Of a stretch of 64,000 nt of DNA, positions 26,697-39,435 are shown piece after piece. A program made the position numbers and the translations under genes. The stretch is from NCBI RefSeq assembly GCF_001194135.2, contig NC_068982.1, positions 20,264,127 to 20,328,126 of the forward strand, read 5' to 3'. The notes beneath the pieces are model-generated. The model searched no databases. It saw only the letters and a list, made by a program, of their open reading frames with translations, and had not been told where the DNA came from. The first letter of the stretch is position 1; every line of letters starts with the position of its first letter. The DNA is from Octopus bimaculoides. Its lineage: Eukaryota.

Positions 26697-27140
26697 ATGT
26701 GTGTGTGTGTGTATGTGTGTGCGTGTGTGTGTGTGTATGTATGTATGTGTGTGTGTGTGTATGTGTGTGTGTGTGTGTGTGTGTGTAACATTGTTTAATT
26801 ATAAACGGAAAATTTTTGCTATTTCTTTGCAGACTGAAAAAGAAAGTGATGAACAATCTTAAGCGATTTTCGAACATTATCCGGTTTTCAGCAGAGGAAT
26901 CAACACTCTTTTGACAATTTCTAGTGTAACAAGCTGCCAAACCGTTTATATACTCAACAAATGCAGCAGCTACTCTATGAAGGAGTACCTAATTTCCATA
27001 CCGAAAGTGTTTATCACTCTATAAATAGAAACAGCCTCTCAATGGGGATCTTAGTCCACACAGTATCAAGGTATGATATAATATATATGAACCATTTGGT
27101 ATAATTATAAACAGGGAAAATTTTTGCCATTTCTCTTATT
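26504..27140 (+). repeat. Degenerate tandem repeat, unit about 290-300 bp (copies start about 26504, 26786, 27090)
   Basis: Shared ggtataatt.taaacaggg.aaattttt.. start, and aaaaagtgatga.caa.cttaa..gattttcgaac.ttat..g..ttc..cagagg..tc.acac.ctt.tgaca.t.tc..g.g.aacaagc.gccaaac in copies 1 and 2. Confidence 0.8.
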
Positions 27141-27996
27141 ATGTTATATTTTTATAAGAATATGATATAATATCATGTTAAATTTTAATTTTTGAATTTT
27201 TAATTGTTATATATATATACATTTTCTATTCATTTATATATATATATATATATNNNNNNNNNNNNNNNNNNNNNNNNNNNNNNNNNNNNNNNNNNNNNNN
27301 NNNNNNNNNNNNNNNNNNNNNNNNNNNNNNNNNNNNNNNNNNNNNNNNNNNNNNNNNNNNNNNNNNNNNNNNNNNNNNNNNNNNNNNNNNNNNNNNNNNN
27401 NNNNNNNNNNNNNNNNNNNNNNNNNNNNNNNNNNNNNNNNNNNNNNNNNNNNNNNNNNNNNNNNNNNNNNNNNNNNNNNNNNNNNNNNNNNNNNNNNNNN
27501 NNNNNNNNNNNNNNNNNNNNNNNNNNNNNNNNNNNNNNNNNNNNNNNNNNNNNNNNNNNNNNNNNNNNNNNNNNNNNNNNNNNNNNNNNNNNNNNNNNNN
27601 NNNNNNNNNNNNNNNNNNNNNNNNNNNNNNNNNNNNNNNNNNNNNNNNNNNNNNNNNNNNNNNNNNNNNNNNNNNNNNNNNNNNNNNNNNNNNNNNNNNN
27701 NNNNNNNNNNNNNNNNNNNNNNNNNNNNNNNNNNNNNNNNNNNNNNNNNNNNNNNNNNNNNNNNNNNNNNNNNNNNNNNNNNNNNNNNNNNNNNNNNNNN
27801 NNNNNNNNNNNNNNNNNNNNNNNNNNNNNNNNNNNNNNNNNNNNNNNNNNATATATATTCATACACACATACGCCTGCACGTACACATACATACACACAC
27901 ATACATATATAACATTATTAGAATTAATAATAATATGTGCAACAATTTATGTAACCACAAAATTATCAGTATAATCCAAATTTGTGAAATTCTCAT

Positions 27997-28440
27997 TGAA
28001 CATCTGAAAAAAATAGCTGTTAAAGAATGCTAACAAAATTGAACGTGCGACATTTATTTATTAAACCAAGAGTGACGTCATTGAATAACGAATTTTATTT
28101 ATAAAAGTAAAATATAAAAATAACATAGTAATTCCACATTTTTTGACAAAAACCTAACGTAGAAAACGTAGATGACGTCACTGGATATGTAAAGTGATGC
28201 CATCAAGTTAAATAGATGAATGTATACTCGTTTTCTACTGTAGATTTATTTTTTATGTAGATTTCAAATTGTCAAAATATATGAAATTAGTATGGTAGTT
28301 TTATATTTTATTTTTATAAATTAAATTAGTTATTCTATGACGTCGCTATTGGTTGAACGAATAGACGTCTAAAGTTAAATTTCGTTTGGTGTTTCTTTTT
28401 GTTAGCGTTTTCTTACAGTTATAACTATTTCAGATATTCA
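27997..28440. mobile_element. Palindromic foldback/MITE-like element, about 445 bp, with long imperfect inverted arms and an inner hairpin
   Basis: Left arm (tgaacatctgaaa..atagctgttaaagaatgctaacaaaa..aaccaagagtgacgtcattgaataacgaattttatttataaaagtaaaatataaaa..gtagaaaacg) matches the reverse complement of 28229-28440. Inner pair gatgacgtcact / agtgatgccatc. Confidence 0.82.
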
Positions 28441-28677
28441 GGCTGTGTTTACCTGTCGTACATAAGAATTTACATGGGATTTGTATCTTACTTACATTTT
28501 ACTGGTATCTACTTGTTGGAAATTTAACCTTACTCAGTGCTTACCTGATATTTTCCACATTTTAATCGCATTTTTTCCACATACATACATACATACATAC
28601 ATACAGAGATACATACACACACACACGCACACACACACAAACACACACGCACAAAAAAAACACACACACACATACAA

Positions 28678-28709
<32 letters not shown>

Positions 28710-29536
28710 TTGTATATACATAGATATAAGTATTTATCTATAGTGTAGTATTCTTTGATTTTATTCGTCAAGGGAGGGTTTTAATTTCATCTATCATGTA
28801 GTATACGAAACATTTAACGAAATAGATAAAGGCAGATAATTACACGATAATTACAACATACATGTGTTATTCAGTGCTATTCTACGTTGCTTTTTGTTAT
28901 ATGAAATAGTACAAGCTAACGCTCAATGCAAGAATCAATCTTCAGGTATTCCATCTTTTACTTTCAGTGTGTATGCTAGATAACATCTACCTATTGAAAA
29001 CAGCTGCCTGCTTCGTATTTAAATAGTTATTTAAAAACGCATTTAATTTATTGTTGAAAATCAGATATTGTAACAACATATTTAAATTTGTAAAATTCTG
29101 AAAATTTTGAATGTACCTACCATATGCTTCAAACACAAATATAACGTATACGTTATTTTGCATCGCGAATACCAATTATGAATATATTACTTTGCCTGAA
29201 GAACGAAGCACTATTTTTTGAAACTACACATTACCTTTCAAACTCTTTTCAACGTTTCGAAAGATTAATGAGCATGTATTCATTTTGTTCATAAATAGTT
29301 CTAATTTAATAAGAATGTTTTCAAATTTCAAAAGAATATGATTTATAATTTTAATTAGAAAGCCAATGTTTAGCAACAAGTTTGTTGCGAGAACAACATG
29401 TTAACAAATTTTAAACTAAAATGTGATTTATATTAAAATATGCATTGAACTTCATGAATTGTCAATGTTATCGAAAAGTGAAAACATAAACAACAGCAGC
29501 AATACAATAATAATGATGATGATGATGATGATGATG

Positions 29537-29575
<39 letters not shown>

Positions 29576-29924
29576 TTTTTGAGTAAACGAAAAGGAAATA
29601 TGGAAGAAAAATATATCTAGAAGGACTTCATCTACGCTTTGAACGAATCGCTAAGAGGCTAGTGTAATCATTAAATATATAGTTAAAATAGAATACGGAG
29701 AAAACGAGAAAGAGAAGTATTATAAATAAAACAAGATGCCTATGAAAATTGTCGATTAGATTTGCAGAGAATTAAAAACACTAGATTACATTTAACACTT
29801 AATTGTTGTTTTAGATGTCAAATCTCTATTTTAAAACAAAAATCATTGTACCGCAGTTCTTTTTAAACAATTTATTTTCATGTATTTGTTCTAGTAGATT
29901 TGGCAATTTTGCATATTAAATTTC

Positions 29925-29951
29925 AACAACAACAACAACAACAACAACAAT

Positions 29952-30015
<64 letters not shown>

Positions 30016-30052
30016 GTTGCTGCTGCTGCTGATGATGATGTTGATGCTGCTA
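29925..30052. repeat. Compound trinucleotide microsatellite (CAA)n-(CTA)n-(CTG)n-(ATG)n
   Basis: Direct inspection. Confidence 0.95.
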
Positions 30053-30429
30053 ACTGTAATTCAGTTCCAGTTAATCGACCTTTCACAACACTCGGTATTT
30101 CCTACGGGAACATGCAATAGACCAACGACCTGTGTATTGAACTCTATCTTTGTATCCTACACGCCATTTGCTTCTAACGTTAGGAGAGACACTTATCTCG
30201 AACCGAAATGTAGAACGACATCGTAGTCAATGAAAAACCGGACTTGATGCAGTTTTTCGCTTCTGCCTTCCAGTCCTGACTAATGATTCGTCGTGTTTTA
30301 GAGAATGCATTTGACCTATAATAAATACAACGTTAGTGTTTCACATAGACGAATGATCGAGGGCCATGTTTTCTCATTGCAAATCGCTCGCGATACTTAT
30401 CTTATCGTTTCTTTTACGAAGTTTCTGCA

Positions 30430-30474
<45 letters not shown>

Positions 30475-30484
30475 NNNNNNNNNN

Positions 30485-30529
<45 letters not shown>

Positions 30530-31367
30530 GCCTTTTACTCCTTTTACTCGAACGCATTTTTAGATAAAAATTAATGATTATACACAAATCACCCATTTTT
30601 CATTGTTGTAGTTTTACACACGTTTGTTAGTTGTCATACAACTAAAAGTGGTTGTTGCTGACAAAGTAGTGGAATTTCTTTTGCTGGTGATAATGACAGG
30701 CAAGCAAAGCAAGGTCTGGTTGCCGCCATACGTCTCCACATTACAGTTATAGCTTCTGTATTTGTTGAGAGCATAAGTTGTGACTGAAGCAGCGGTGAAT
30801 GATTGTAAGGCGGTTGTGTTGGAAATAGTTGTCTTGCCCTTTCTCACCTGTTTGTTTCACTGTCTTTATTATCCCTTTCTCTTAAAAATTGTTGTTGTTG
30901 GGGTGACAAATAGACAAACGAATGAAAGGATTAACAGACTTTTAGGTTTTCACCTTTTATCGACTATCTATAATAAGATATAAGTTCTTCTGCGATGAGC
31001 GGATCAACTTCATATTAGGTGTACAAGATTACGCGTTTTCATCTCATCTTTCCATTGAACCTTTTGCATGTTTTCAAAGAAGGCTGCTTTCACTTTGAGA
31101 TACCCTTTTGTCCCCATCGTTACAGAGGATTTGCGTACTGGAATTATGAGGTATGCCCTCTGGCCGTTTAGTGTTTACTGTTGGTATTGTTATGGACGGG
31201 AGCGGTGGTTTTGGTGTATTACGCATTGGTATTGCTAGTGAGTGCGCTGACACACAAAATCTGATTGATATCGACTGAGGATTGATAATGACCATGATTT
31301 CTGCTTGCTGTTGTTGTCTTTCTGGTGTCAGGGTTCCTCTGCAGAAAGCCCTTCACTATATGCTACT

Positions 31368-31680
31368 GAAGGAGCATGGCTTAGTGATTAGGGGAAATCG
31401 CCACTTGATTATAAGGTCATGAATTCGATTCCCGGTAACGCATTGTGTGCTTGAGGAAAACACTTTGTTTCACGTTGCTCCAGCCTACTCTGTTGGCAAA
31501 AATGACTGTACTTGGATTTCAAAGGGCCGCCCGCCTTATATCATTCTGTGTCACGCTGAATCTTCCTAAGAACTACGTTAAGGGTACTCGTGTCTGTGGA
31601 GTGCTATCCACTTGCATGTTAAATTCACGAGAATGTTGTTCCATTGATCCGATCAACTGGAACCCTCACCATTGAAATCG
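31368..31680 (+). mobile_element. SINE family C: tRNA head, V/CORE-like core, tail T1
   Basis: A-box tggcttagtg, B-box attcgattccc, core tgtgtgcttgaggaaaacactttgtttcacgttgctcc..aaaatga. The tail gaactacgttaagggtactcgtgtctgtggagtgc..gatccgatcaactggaaccctc is shared with 42185-42345. Confidence 0.82.
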
Positions 31681-32438
31681 ATAGAGTGCCACATATTTGC
31701 TATTGCAGGTATAGTAGCTTGTCCGTATGCCTTGGCTGCGGAATGTTAAAATCCTATAGGCATGCAGTAGCGTCTCATCAATACATCTACGATGAACTAA
31801 GAATTACGACTGAAAAACAGTCTGTAAAATGTAAAGCTGAAAATGTATATGAAATATCTATACCAGTTGGAGGATTATTAGATATTTTAATACTTCCGAC
31901 GACGCAGAGGCCGATTTTCCAAACTATTATTGATTTATCAGTATTTAAAATGAGGAATGTAATTTGAGAAATACGTTTCCATAGCTATCAAATATTTTGA
32001 TTTAATTGATTGTTATCAACAAAAACTTAGAAATCTCCGTATATTTAATCATGTATTATATGCAATGCGGTTGCGCATAAAGGCATATATGTATATATNN
32101 NNNNNNNNNNNNNNNNNNNNNNNNNNNNNNNNNNNNNNNNNNNNNNNNNNNNNNNNNNNNNNNNNNNNNNNNNNNNNNNNNNNNNNNNNNNNNNNNNNNN
32201 NNNNNNNNNNNNNNNNNNNNNNNNNNNNNNNNNNNNNNNNNNNNNNNNNNNNNNNNNNNNNNNNNNNNNNNNNNNNNNNNNNNNNNNNNNNNNNNNNNNN
32301 NNNNNNNNNNNNNNNNNNNNNNNNNNNNNNNNNNNNNNNNNNNNNNNNNNNNNNNNNNNNNNNNNNNNNNNNNNNNNNNNNNNNNNNNNNNNNNNNNNNN
32401 NNNNNNNNNNNNNNNNNNNNNNNNNNNNNNNTATATAT

Positions 32439-32492
<54 letters not shown>

Positions 32493-33234
32493 GTACGTAT
32501 GTATGTGAGTGTATCTGCGTGTTTGTGTGTGTGTTTGAGCGTTAGGATAATTACGTGTATAGAAATATGATATATACAGTATATTTATTAATTAATTTAT
32601 GCATATACACGCACAGGCACGTACATGCAACACACACATACACACATGCATATCCATATATAAAAACAGACGATGCATCCAAAACCTATATATCCACTGT
32701 CATTAAGAGCTATATTCATAGTAAGCTGTTAAACTCCAAACGTTATACATTCCAGTAAACTCACAAGAAATTATGTATACACATAATCGCCTAAAACGAT
32801 CCTTAAAGGCAACAAAAATTAACAAGAAAAGGCAGAAAAACATGAATTTGACAGATATATCAGTAATTAAATACTTTCCACGGGTATTTCATTTCGAATA
32901 AGAAAACTTCATTCTGTAATTATGTAATTAAATACATAATTAATGAAAATTAATTTAAATTAAATTAATTTAATTAATTTTACGTAATGCTTATTTGAAA
33001 TCAACAGGAATTCTACCAGCTAAAAACAGTTGCAGATATAAATAAAAATGAGACATCTAGCTATCTCTCTACTCTTCTTCATTAACTTACCTTTGTATTG
33101 ATTTTGTATCTACCCTTCTCACTAAGCCATCTGTCTGTCTTGTTCCTTTATCTTGTTTTGCGCACCCTTTCTTCCTTATTCCCTATCTTTCTCTTCATCT
33201 ATCATGGTATCTACATATTCACCTACCAATTTCC

Positions 33235-33297
<63 letters not shown>

Positions 33298-33890
33298 CAC
33301 CTTATTTATCTTACCATTTCCTCCTTTGTCTATCGTGTGAACTTTTCGCAGTCTATTTATTCTCTGATTCTTTCCACTTCCAGTCTTTCTTCATATCTTT
33401 CCTTCTCTAACCTTGTAACTACTTCTCTATTCCTTCCGTCCATTCATTCGCTTTCTTTTTTTTATACGACGCTTCCCTCTCTCACTTTCTTTATTACTCT
33501 CTACTCTCTATGTTCAATCTGCATGTCCCCTTCCCAAGAGGTACCTCGTGACCATCGTGTTTCCCAAACTAGCATTCTTATTGGCTTGGTCTTTCGCTTG
33601 CTCACTTGTTTTCTTTCAGCTCTTCTCTAAGATTTTAAGATTTAATTTTAGCTCCTGGTTTGCCTGCAAATTTTCTTCGTTATTTTCGGCAAACATTTGC
33701 CTCAGCCCTAAAAGACAATATTTTTCCTTTTAGGGCTACTTTCGCATGTTTCCTTCATCCAACCGAATGTAGGAACGTTGCAATTATTATATTTATTTTT
33801 CCGTTAATATTTTCGATTGCTTTCGCTTTCAGTAACTGATCATTAAACATGTGTTAAAATATTTCTATTTATTATTTGTACACACGAACG

Positions 33891-33980
<90 letters not shown>

Positions 33981-34096
33981 CATACATACATATATAGAAA
34001 GATACGTACAGGCATGCAGATATACATACCTATGCACATACATACAGATATATATGTATGTAGGTATGTATATATGCATGTATGTATGTATGTATG

Positions 34097-34128
<32 letters not shown>

Positions 34129-34273
34129 CGCTACTGGTAACATGGAAACCCAGTACAAACTTGTGCATGTTCAAGTCGTCGGTAACTAAACTAGCAAGAT
34201 GGCTGGTCGTAACCCTCGCATACTTGAGTCTCTCGGTCCGGCGCTGGCAATACTCGAACAAGAGTTTGCAACC

Positions 34274-34343
<70 letters not shown>

Positions 34344-35966
34344 AAGTAAAATATTACATCCACTTTTGGTTCGATAGACATCCGATCCTATAAATTAGTT
34401 AATTAACCGATAAAGTAATAGATGGATTAACATGCTAATTTCTATGCCTAATACATTCGGCTCACCGAATTATTTGCCACAGTGAAGTAAGTATCGTATG
34501 AAGATAAGTTTTCATTCTTCATTCCTTTTTTTCCCTCTCTCTCTCTCTCTCTTGCTGTATATNNNNNNNNNNNNNNNNNNNNNNNNNNNNNNNNNNNNNN
34601 NNNNNNNNNNNNNNNNNNNNNNNNNNNNNNNNNNNNNNNNNNNNNNNNNNNNNNNNNNNNNNNNNNNNNNNNNNNNNNNNNNNNNNNNATATATATATAT
34701 ATATATACATATGTAACATTTAAGATTGGTTAGGTACACAATATTATGAGATGTCGGAGCCAGCAGTTGTAACGATAAAAAATTGTTGTTATAACGGCAT
34801 GTTGTACGGTGTGAAAGATGAACAATGCATGAAGTTTTAAGGAAATATTTATTTACCGTTACGTTACAATACCTTGCCTCGACGGACAGATTATGATAAA
34901 AATCGTAAAGCATGCGAAATAAAGTTTGTGTTTGTTTTCTCTTCAGTGTTTAGTAGTAATTACAGAGAGAGATAGAATGATGTTGTAAGAGAACATAATT
35001 AGAGCTTGTGAGAGTTGTAGAGTTGTGGGACGTTGTCTCACAGTTGCTGACAGTAAACTTCGTTTCTTACTTAGACCATGGTTCTAGCTGGTCAGCCAGA
35101 CGTCGTTCTCACTGAGTTGTCACCGAAGTGACAAACTGTCTTTTTCTTACGAATTCTTGTTTTTATTACTCTCCAGAAGGATAGACATATCATTGAGAAC
35201 AATGGGCTTCGTTGGTGGTACTGTGATATCCCTATTCTAGCTTTTGGTGAAGTAGAAGAGGTTATAAGTGTCAAGTGGTGAAGACATTATTTCGGCCTAG
35301 CTAAAGGCAATCTGGCAAATGTAAAACTTCTGTCAGAGAAAAAACATTGTTCTACCGTGGGGAAAAGTTCTGTTGAATTTGAACCACCATAACCAAAATT
35401 AAATTTGGTTATGGTAGATCAAATCCACTTCATGCTTGCAAAATTCACTATGTATGTGTATATATATTTGTAGTGTAATGCATGGATTCATAGAATTGTG
35501 TGACTATTACAGAAATCTCGATTAATGAACTTGGCTAACAAAACATAATAATATGATATAGAAGAGTATAATGCAGATTTACTTTATTTTAATACGTATT
35601 CGTTTTTACTATGGATTTACAAGTTATAACTGGTTTATGTTGTGAATTTGAATCTTAGATAAATTGTATTAAAGTGTTATTGAATATTTATAGATCATTT
35701 CATTTCTTCCCCCAAATAAAGCAGTCATCGAATAAGTTTTTCTACTTCTTCGTATAGTTTATCTTCTAAATTTCCCATTACGAGGATTGTATATGACCGT
35801 AAAAATTTTGTCCACACGCTTTGACGACATGATTTATCACGAAATTTATAGTTCTTCTATAAATTCTATAAATGAAATCTGGCTTGAAACATCCGTTTCT
35901 CTTCTCTCTTTTTTTTTCTAACCACTCTTTGATTGCTCCGACACAAAACGTACAAGGCATATTAGC

Positions 35967-36007
<41 letters not shown>

Positions 36008-36021
36008 AGAGNNNNNNNNNN

Positions 36022-36061
<40 letters not shown>

Positions 36062-36089
36062 AACATCAATACCAACTGACTCTCTTTAA

Positions 36090-36900
36090 TCGAACCCTCA
36101 TTCAGACTCCAATGGCAGAGGATTAGCCATGCGCTTGAAACTCAGAGTACTAAGTGTTCTGAAGCAAGCTGTTTTGTTCCCTCTCTCACTCTGTTTCTCA
36201 CTCACCGACGAAATCGGTTAGTTATGTTGCGTGCCGTTTAAGTATCTTCCGAAAGCTCGCGCTGTGATATCTACTTTGGAAACTATCTGCTGATGCATTG
36301 GTAGATACGTAGGGACCTCCTCTGCTATTTATGGTGCACTGCTACACGACATTTAGGGTCTTGCATTGGTAAACCAGAGGACATTCCGAACGATCCCTGC
36401 ATGAGCATAGGTTGTCAGTTTTTTTGTTTGCACATGTACAGCTGAGGCCTGTCTGGTTAGCTCTATTTACATTCGTTCTCGTGGCTACCCAGTTGTAATT
36501 TTTATTATATTTGGGTGTGTTTGGATTGTTGTTTGAGATGTAGCTAGCATATGTTGGTTGGTTAGTAAAGTTGTTGCAGTTGCTTTTTTTCTGTTGGGTA
36601 GTGTTACAGCTGAGTCCTTGTTACTGTGATGTTTTATGTGGTTGGTGTTTTCACTGTCTGTAAGGTTGTATTATGTGCCTCCGTCAATTTTTGAGGGCCT
36701 ATTTTCGATGCTGCCTGTATTCTGCTTTAGTTTTCGATCGCTAATTCTATGAATTTGGTGCTCCATAATCGATGAGTTCGGTTGAGCAGCTGGCTGTACG
36801 TGTAATTTTTAGGGGAGCTACGAGCGAGTGCAACGAAGAACTGTTTCTTGATCCTGGACGATATGTTCGAGCTCCAGATCGCATTCTACCAGAGCATCTG
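36090..36900 (-). mobile_element. Penelope-like element remnant: linker plus GIY-YIG endonuclease region
   Basis: Minus strand CSCRDRSECPLVYQCKTLNVV*QCTI..SFQSRYH..RHAT*LTDFV (about 36410-36200) matches the Cys-rich linker and GIY-YIG pattern of Penelope elements; an N/T/K-rich low-complexity spacer lies upstream. Confidence 0.72.
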
Positions 36901-37035
36901 TGGAGTTTCTGAAATAGATCCACCGGAAATAAACTACGACTGCGGATGACACCAGGTAACCCAACCGGTACCAGTGCTTCTCTCAACACATTAACACACT
37001 AATCAACACGTACCCATTAGTTCAAAATATTAAAT

Positions 37036-37067
<32 letters not shown>

Positions 37068-37813
37068 CTATAAATATACATATATAAGTATATATACATA
37101 TGCATACATATATATATACACATCCATATATATATATATATATACATATTCATATGTACGTATACATACATATTCATACGTACGTATACATATACATACA
37201 TACATACATACATACATACACACACAGATAAATAGTATCCCACTGAGGTACTGTATGATCCATCTCCCATGTTTCAAAGCGAACGACCGAATGTTTGAGA
37301 AAGAAATTTCAATTTGATGTGGACTATCTGATTATTTAAAATTGCTTTAATGCAATTATATAATGGGCATTGTCACGAAACCACTTTCGATTTACTTCCA
37401 TGCAAATTTCTTAGCATGTTTCTATTTGTTAAGTCTTCTAGTGAACGGGAGGGAATCACATGACAGGTTCACTTAAACAGTCGGAGATGCATTAAATGAC
37501 ATATCAAACATTTACGCATACATGCCCCTAATGATATACAGATAATTTTAACCTGTATAACAGTTTTGTATAAATGTATTATTCTGATTTATAGATATAT
37601 ATATGTATATATATAGAAGAATTTCAAGATATATANNNNNNNNNNNNNNNNNNNNNNNNNNNNNNNNNNNNNNNNNNNNNNNNNNNNNNNNNNNNNNNNN
37701 NNNNNNNNNNNNNNNNNNNNNNNNNNNNNNNNNNNNNNNNNNNNNNNNNNNNNNNNNNNNNNNNNNNNNNNNNNNNNNNNNNNNNNNNNNNNNNNNNNNN
37801 NNNNNNNNNNNNN

Positions 37814-37854
<41 letters not shown>

Positions 37855-37961
37855 ATGTATGTATATGTGTGTATATATACATACATACACGCATACACAC
37901 GCATGCACACACAATCGAAATAAACAGCAGTTTGCAATGTTTCACCAGAATAGGAGAATTA

Positions 37962-38424
37962 CAGATGTCACTAAATGTGACTAGGGTGTTAGGAAACAAC
38001 TGCATTGCTCGAAATAAGAGCTAAACCGCTATAATGTTGGAGGTAACGCACATAAATGAAAATATATGCCCTAACAGGGACCATAATAGTCCGAAAAGTG
38101 CCGATCGAGAATTCTTAATACTGACGTGTTAGTTTCGGCAAATTTTTCTTAATGTTAATTTTATTTATTACATTTTAGAGTATCGCTAAATCATCCGATT
38201 ATTTGGATGACAAAAACATAAATACTAATGATTAATTAAGTACGGAAAGAGTCGAACAATCGAGCCATCTGATGTAATAATGAAAATTGCCGAAAATGTC
38301 ACGCGAGTATTCAGAATTCTCGATCGACACTTTTCGGACAACTATAGTCCCTCTTACTCTATAAGTTTTAATTCATATACGTAATGTAGGTGTTTTCCTA
38401 ACATCCTAGTCATATTTAGTGACA

Positions 38425-38428
<4 letters not shown>
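37962..38428. mobile_element. Tc1/mariner-type MITE, 467 bp, long imperfect TIRs
   Basis: ta|cagatgtcactaaatgtgactagggtgttaggaaac matches the reverse complement of 38381-38428. A second inverted block agggaccataatagtccgaaaagtgccgatcgagaattcttaatact (from 38076) matches the reverse complement of the block ending 38352. No coding capacity. Confidence 0.85.
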
Positions 38429-38467
<39 letters not shown>

Positions 38468-38850
38468 CATATAACGATAAAATCTATTTATGATTTTATC
38501 AAGTAGCCAGCGTGTAAGACCAAATAAGGAAAAAATTAATACAAAGTATATAGCCTTTTCCTTGTGTATAAAATACATTATTATATCAAGGGCTATTACT
38601 ATGAATAAAGCCACACGCTGTAAAGCGGGCTCTAAAGTCAAACTACTTCAACAAATATACACACGAGCCGAATTCGAGGGAATGAAGATAGGAGAAATTC
38701 GTTTAGAAATGCTTTAGTCGTATATCATTACTGATTTCTTGGTCAGCATGTATAACACATTCTCCACTCATCAGTATGACCATAATCAGAAAAATATGAA
38801 TGTAAACATTCATACATAACATACGAAAACAACGTATCCAGCAGAGAATG

Positions 38851-38881
<31 letters not shown>

Positions 38882-38978
38882 NNNNNNNNNNNNNNNNNNN
38901 NNNNNNNNNNNNNNNNNNNNNNNNNNNNNNNNNNNNNNNNNNNNNNNNNNNNNNNNNNNNNNNNNNNNNNNNNNNNNN

Positions 38979-39034
<56 letters not shown>

Positions 39035-39135
39035 GAAAGAATGTATTCCCGAATGGGTAAACTCAGATTTACCAAGCGAGAAAGTTTACCAGTGCCTCGC
39101 AACTTGTTGTTAACTCGAATATTTAACTGTCAACA

Positions 39136-39435
39136 TGGCGGCTTGTGAGAGTCGACCGATGTCGTGTGATGAAAAACAAAAGGATCGTGTGCCTTCACCA
39201 GAAGGGCAAGTAAAATGCTGTGATAGCAAATACTGTAGGAAGGTCTAGATGTGTTGTGCAACGAATTGCAGCTCGTTTCAAGTCACCAGGATCGAAAGAT
39301 GCTAAACGCCAAACCGATAAGATAGGATCGTATTATGGTTAAAATGTCACTGAAGGATAGGTTTAAGAGTGTTGCTGAGATATCCCGTAAGTTTAGTTCC
39401 GCTTCCGATGTCAACGTATCGTGCAAAACAGTTGG
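39136..39435 (+). mobile_element. Tc1-like transposase N-terminal (paired-like HTH) fragment
   Basis: DEKQRIVCLHQKGK..IANTVGRSRCVVQRI..DRIMVKMSLKDRFKSVAEISRKF..NVSCKTV; truncated at the Penelope remnant. Confidence 0.75.

Noticed and set aside
26504-27140. Repeat-spacer-like periodicity (CRISPR-like)
   Set aside because: Units are about 300 bp, degenerate along their whole length and in eukaryotic DNA; no constant short repeat with unique spacers.
30614-31295. Thr/Ser/Pro-rich minus-strand ORFs
   Set aside because: Composition is consistent with decayed (ACA/ACC)n low-complexity DNA; no motif recognised.
35110-35140. ctgag-ttgtcac-cgaa-gtgacaa-actgtc hairpin resembling a hammerhead
   Set aside because: The core deviates at four conserved positions and no stem I forms; a 7-bp hairpin is expected by chance.
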